NCBI RefSeq assembly: GCF_036741115.1
Contig: NZ_DAINST010000002.1
Span: 2,463 to 66,462, forward strand
Length of the DNA stretch: 64,000 bases
DNA from: Dietzia sp.
GTDB lineage: Bacteria; Actinomycetota; Actinomycetes; Mycobacteriales; Mycobacteriaceae
Direction: 5' to 3'
Under the pieces are notes generated by a model that worked only from the letters and a program-made list of their open reading frames with translations, did not search any database and was not told the origin of the DNA. The first letter of the stretch is position 1. Each line of letters starts with the position of its first letter. Made by a program: the position numbers and the translations under genes. Of this stretch, positions 62,157-64,000 are shown one piece after another.

Positions 62157-62830
62157 CCGGACCGGCGACCCACGCGCAACCACACGACGAATCCCCACAC
62201 CACGAACGCCGCGTACACCAGGTACAGCGCGGCCGAGGGGTAGTACCCGGCCTTGAGCAGCAGCGGGACACCGACCACGTCGACCGCGATCCACAGTAAC
62301 CAGAACTCTGTCCAGCCGCGCGCCATCCCGTAGGTCGCGAGAAGGGATCCCATGAAGATCCACGCGTCGGCGACGGGCCCCCACGAGCCGAGGGCGGAGA
62401 AGAGGAAGGACAGCGCGGCGGTGCCCACGGCCATCGCCACGACGATGCCGATCCGCTGCCGGTTCGTCGCCCAGTGCGGGACGACATCGGTGCCCACGCC
62501 GGGCGCGATCCCCGTCCGTCGCGCACGCCTGCGCGTCGACGTCCACGCCCACCAGCCGTAGATGCTCACGGCGCAGAACATCACCTGCCGCCCGGCCTGC
62601 CCGTAGAGGTCGAGGTCCTGCGGGGTGTGGAAGACGCCGCCGAGGAAGACCGTGAAGAGCAGGAGATTCCCGACGATCCCCACCGGCCAGGCCCACGACT
62701 GCCGGCGCATCCCTCCGATCGCGGAGGCGACGCCGAAGACGTTGCCGACGATCTCGCGCCACAGGATCGGCACGCCGCCGATCGTGAGCTGCGCGTCGAG
62801 GAAATCGAAGAGGAGGCCCTGGGGGCTCAT
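62153..62830 (-). CDS. pnuC: nicotinamide riboside transporter PnuC
   Basis: 225 aa with 7 TM. WREIVGNVFGVASAIGGMRRQSWAWPVGIVGNLLLF, YGWWAW, WLLWIAVDVVGVPLL. Confidence 0.85.
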   Translation of the reverse strand: MSPQGLLFDFLDAQLTIGGVPILWREIVGNVFGVASAIGGMRRQSWAWPVGIVGNLLLFTVFLGGVFHTPQDLDLYGQAGRQVMFCAVSIYGWWAWTSTRRRARRTGIAPGVGTDVVPHWATNRQRIGIVVAMAVGTAALSFLFSALGSWGPVADAWIFMGSLLATYGMARGWTEFWLLWIAVDVVGVPLLLKAGYYPSAALYLVYAAFVVWGFVVWLRVGRRSG

Positions 62831-62900
62831 CGGGCGCTCACCGGCACGGATGCTGAGACAGCGATGGCGATGGCGCCGATTCTGATGTCGGCGATGCCCA

Positions 62901-63389
62901 TCACGCCCCGAGGACCAGGCGGTCCCCCTGCACGGCGACGGGTACCACGTCGAGCGGGCGCTGCGCCGGCGGGTTGGTCACCTTCCCCGTCGCGGCGTCG
63001 AACTGCGAGCCGTGGAGCGGGCACCGCAGCGACATCCCGTCGGCGACCTTGATCCGCGCGCCCTGGTGCGTGCACGACGCGGAGAACGCGACGAACTCGC
63101 CTTCGCTCGGCTGCGCGACGACGACCCCGGCGCCTCCCGCGTCGACCACCTTCGCGGTGCCCACGGGGATGTCGGCGGCGGCGATGGAGGTCGACGGCGC
63201 CGTGGTCGTGGCCTGGGCCGTCGACTGCGGCTCCCGGTTGGTCATCGGCCCCGAGCACGCCGCGAGGGTTCCGGGAAGGAGGATGACGCCGGGCAACGCG
63301 GCCAGCACGGCTCGCCGCGATTGCCCGCAGCCGGTTGCCGGTCGGTCGGCGGGCGCTCCGGAATCGGCGGAGGATGGGTTCTCTCGCAT
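62901..63389 (-). CDS. Tat-exported Rieske (2Fe-2S) domain protein, probable lipoprotein
   Basis: SRRAVLAALPGVILLPGTLAAC leader. Cluster ligands CTHQG ... CPLHGS. ATG at 63389 (the track ORF starts at the TTG at 63428). Confidence 0.8.
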   Translation of the reverse strand: MRENPSSADSGAPADRPATGCGQSRRAVLAALPGVILLPGTLAACSGPMTNREPQSTAQATTTAPSTSIAAADIPVGTAKVVDAGGAGVVVAQPSEGEFVAFSASCTHQGARIKVADGMSLRCPLHGSQFDAATGKVTNPPAQRPLDVVPVAVQGDRLVLGA

Positions 63390-63497
63390 GGAATTTATGC
63401 TAGACCCCGCAGAAGCGGATCCGGACAACGAGACCGTCCGGTTACTACGAGACCGCCCAGCGATTCAGTTCCCGGCGGCCGGTGAGGAGAACAGCCC

Positions 63498-64000
63498 ATG
63501 ATGGTCGACCGGCTGCGGCCGCACGCGCAGACGATCTTCGCCGAGGTCTCGGAGGCCGCGGTGCGGCACGGGGCGATCAACCTCGGACAGGGCTTCCCCG
63601 ATACCGACGGCCCCGCCGGGATGCTTGAGGTGGCCGCGGAGGCGATCACGGGCGGCGGCCACAACCAGTACCCGCCGGGCCGCGGAACGCCCGAGCTGCG
63701 CGCCGCCGTCGCGCGGCAGGTCCTCCGCGACCAGGGGCTCTCCTACGATCCGGACGGCGAGATCATCGCCACGGTCGGCGCCACCGAGGGCATCGCCGCG
63801 GCGCTCCTCGGGCTCGTCGAACCCGGCGAAGGCGTGGTGCTCATAGAGCCGTACTACGACTCGTATTCGGCCGTCGTTGACCTCGCGGGCGCGCGCAAGC
63901 TCACCGTCCCCCTGGTGCCCGCAGACGGCGGATTCGCCCTCGACAGGGACGCGCTGGCGGCGGCCTGCGCGCGGAAGGGGACGTCCGCCGTCATCGTCAA
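63498..64000 (+). CDS. class I/II PLP-dependent aminotransferase (DapC/kynurenine-aminotransferase-like), 5' part; runs off the right edge
   Basis: ATG at 63498 after GAGGAGA. FAEVSEAAVRHGAINLGQGFPDTDGP, NQYPPGRGTPELR, TVGATEGIAAA, LIEPYYDSY. Not in the track because there is no stop in the window. Confidence 0.8.
   Translation, partial: MMVDRLRPHAQTIFAEVSEAAVRHGAINLGQGFPDTDGPAGMLEVAAEAITGGGHNQYPPGRGTPELRAAVARQVLRDQGLSYDPDGEIIATVGATEGIAAALLGLVEPGEGVVLIEPYYDSYSAVVDLAGARKLTVPLVPADGGFALDRDALAAACARKGTSAVIV

Noticed and set aside
60729-62762. ORFs 60924..62762 (minus, 612 aa) and the 5' 270 codons of 60729..62156 (plus)
   Set aside because: Shadow frames over the SPFH tail, the methyltransferase and pnuC. 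Only the last 202 codons of the plus ORF (from the TTG at 61548) look like a SAM methyltransferase.
1-64000. CRISPR arrays, rRNA operons, large tandem or interspersed repeats
   Set aside because: Reading through all the intergenic regions showed no regularly spaced direct repeats and no long duplicated segments. Only short low-complexity coding repeats and the 12-nt duplication at 14603/14653 were seen. A computational repeat search would be needed to exclude dispersed repeats under about 20 nt.

Overview
High-G+C (about 70%) actinobacterial chromosome, most likely order Mycobacteriales. The evidence for that placement is an aftD homologue with the small DUF2613 (Rv0236A-type) gene directly upstream, and a GT4 / membrane protein / DUF3068 / acyltransferase_3 block that matches the M. 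tuberculosis Rv0225-Rv0228 neighbourhood. I support about 55 protein-coding genes. I saw no rRNA, tRNA, CRISPR array, transposase or integrase. From left to right the window holds: (1) 1-14.6 kb, a cell-envelope glycan locus with an ECF sigma factor; (2) 14.9-31 kb, mixed lipid and xenobiotic genes (TetR + FATP-like ligase, Tat esterase, orphan ArgJ, LpqI/NagZ-like GH3 lipoprotein, PIG-L deacetylase, EthA-like BVMO, short UvrA paralogue, AKR, acyl-CoA ligase); (3) 31-33 kb, a GntR-DUF1648 module containing two amber-interrupted reading frames; (4) 32.8-44.1 kb, a beta-oxidation supercluster resembling the mycobacterial cholesterol side-chain genes (fadD19/echA19/ltp3-ltp4/Rv3521/fadE26-27-like); (5) 44.1-48.1 kb, a compositionally foreign low-G+C island carrying only two translationally coupled genes, a DUF262-only protein and a DUF262+DUF1524 (GmrSD/BrxU/SspE-class) nuclease; (6) 48.1-64 kb, housekeeping and stress genes including ectABC, an NfeD-SPFH pair, pnuC and a Rieske protein. 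The island is the best candidate for an undescribed system. It looks like a paired-DUF262 modification-dependent restriction or defence cassette, with no methyltransferase, phosphorothioation or mobility genes nearby. All calls come from reading translated ORFs, motifs and synteny by eye; no searches were run. Most long Arg/Pro/Gly-rich ORFs in the track are antisense shadows, which is typical of high-G+C DNA.
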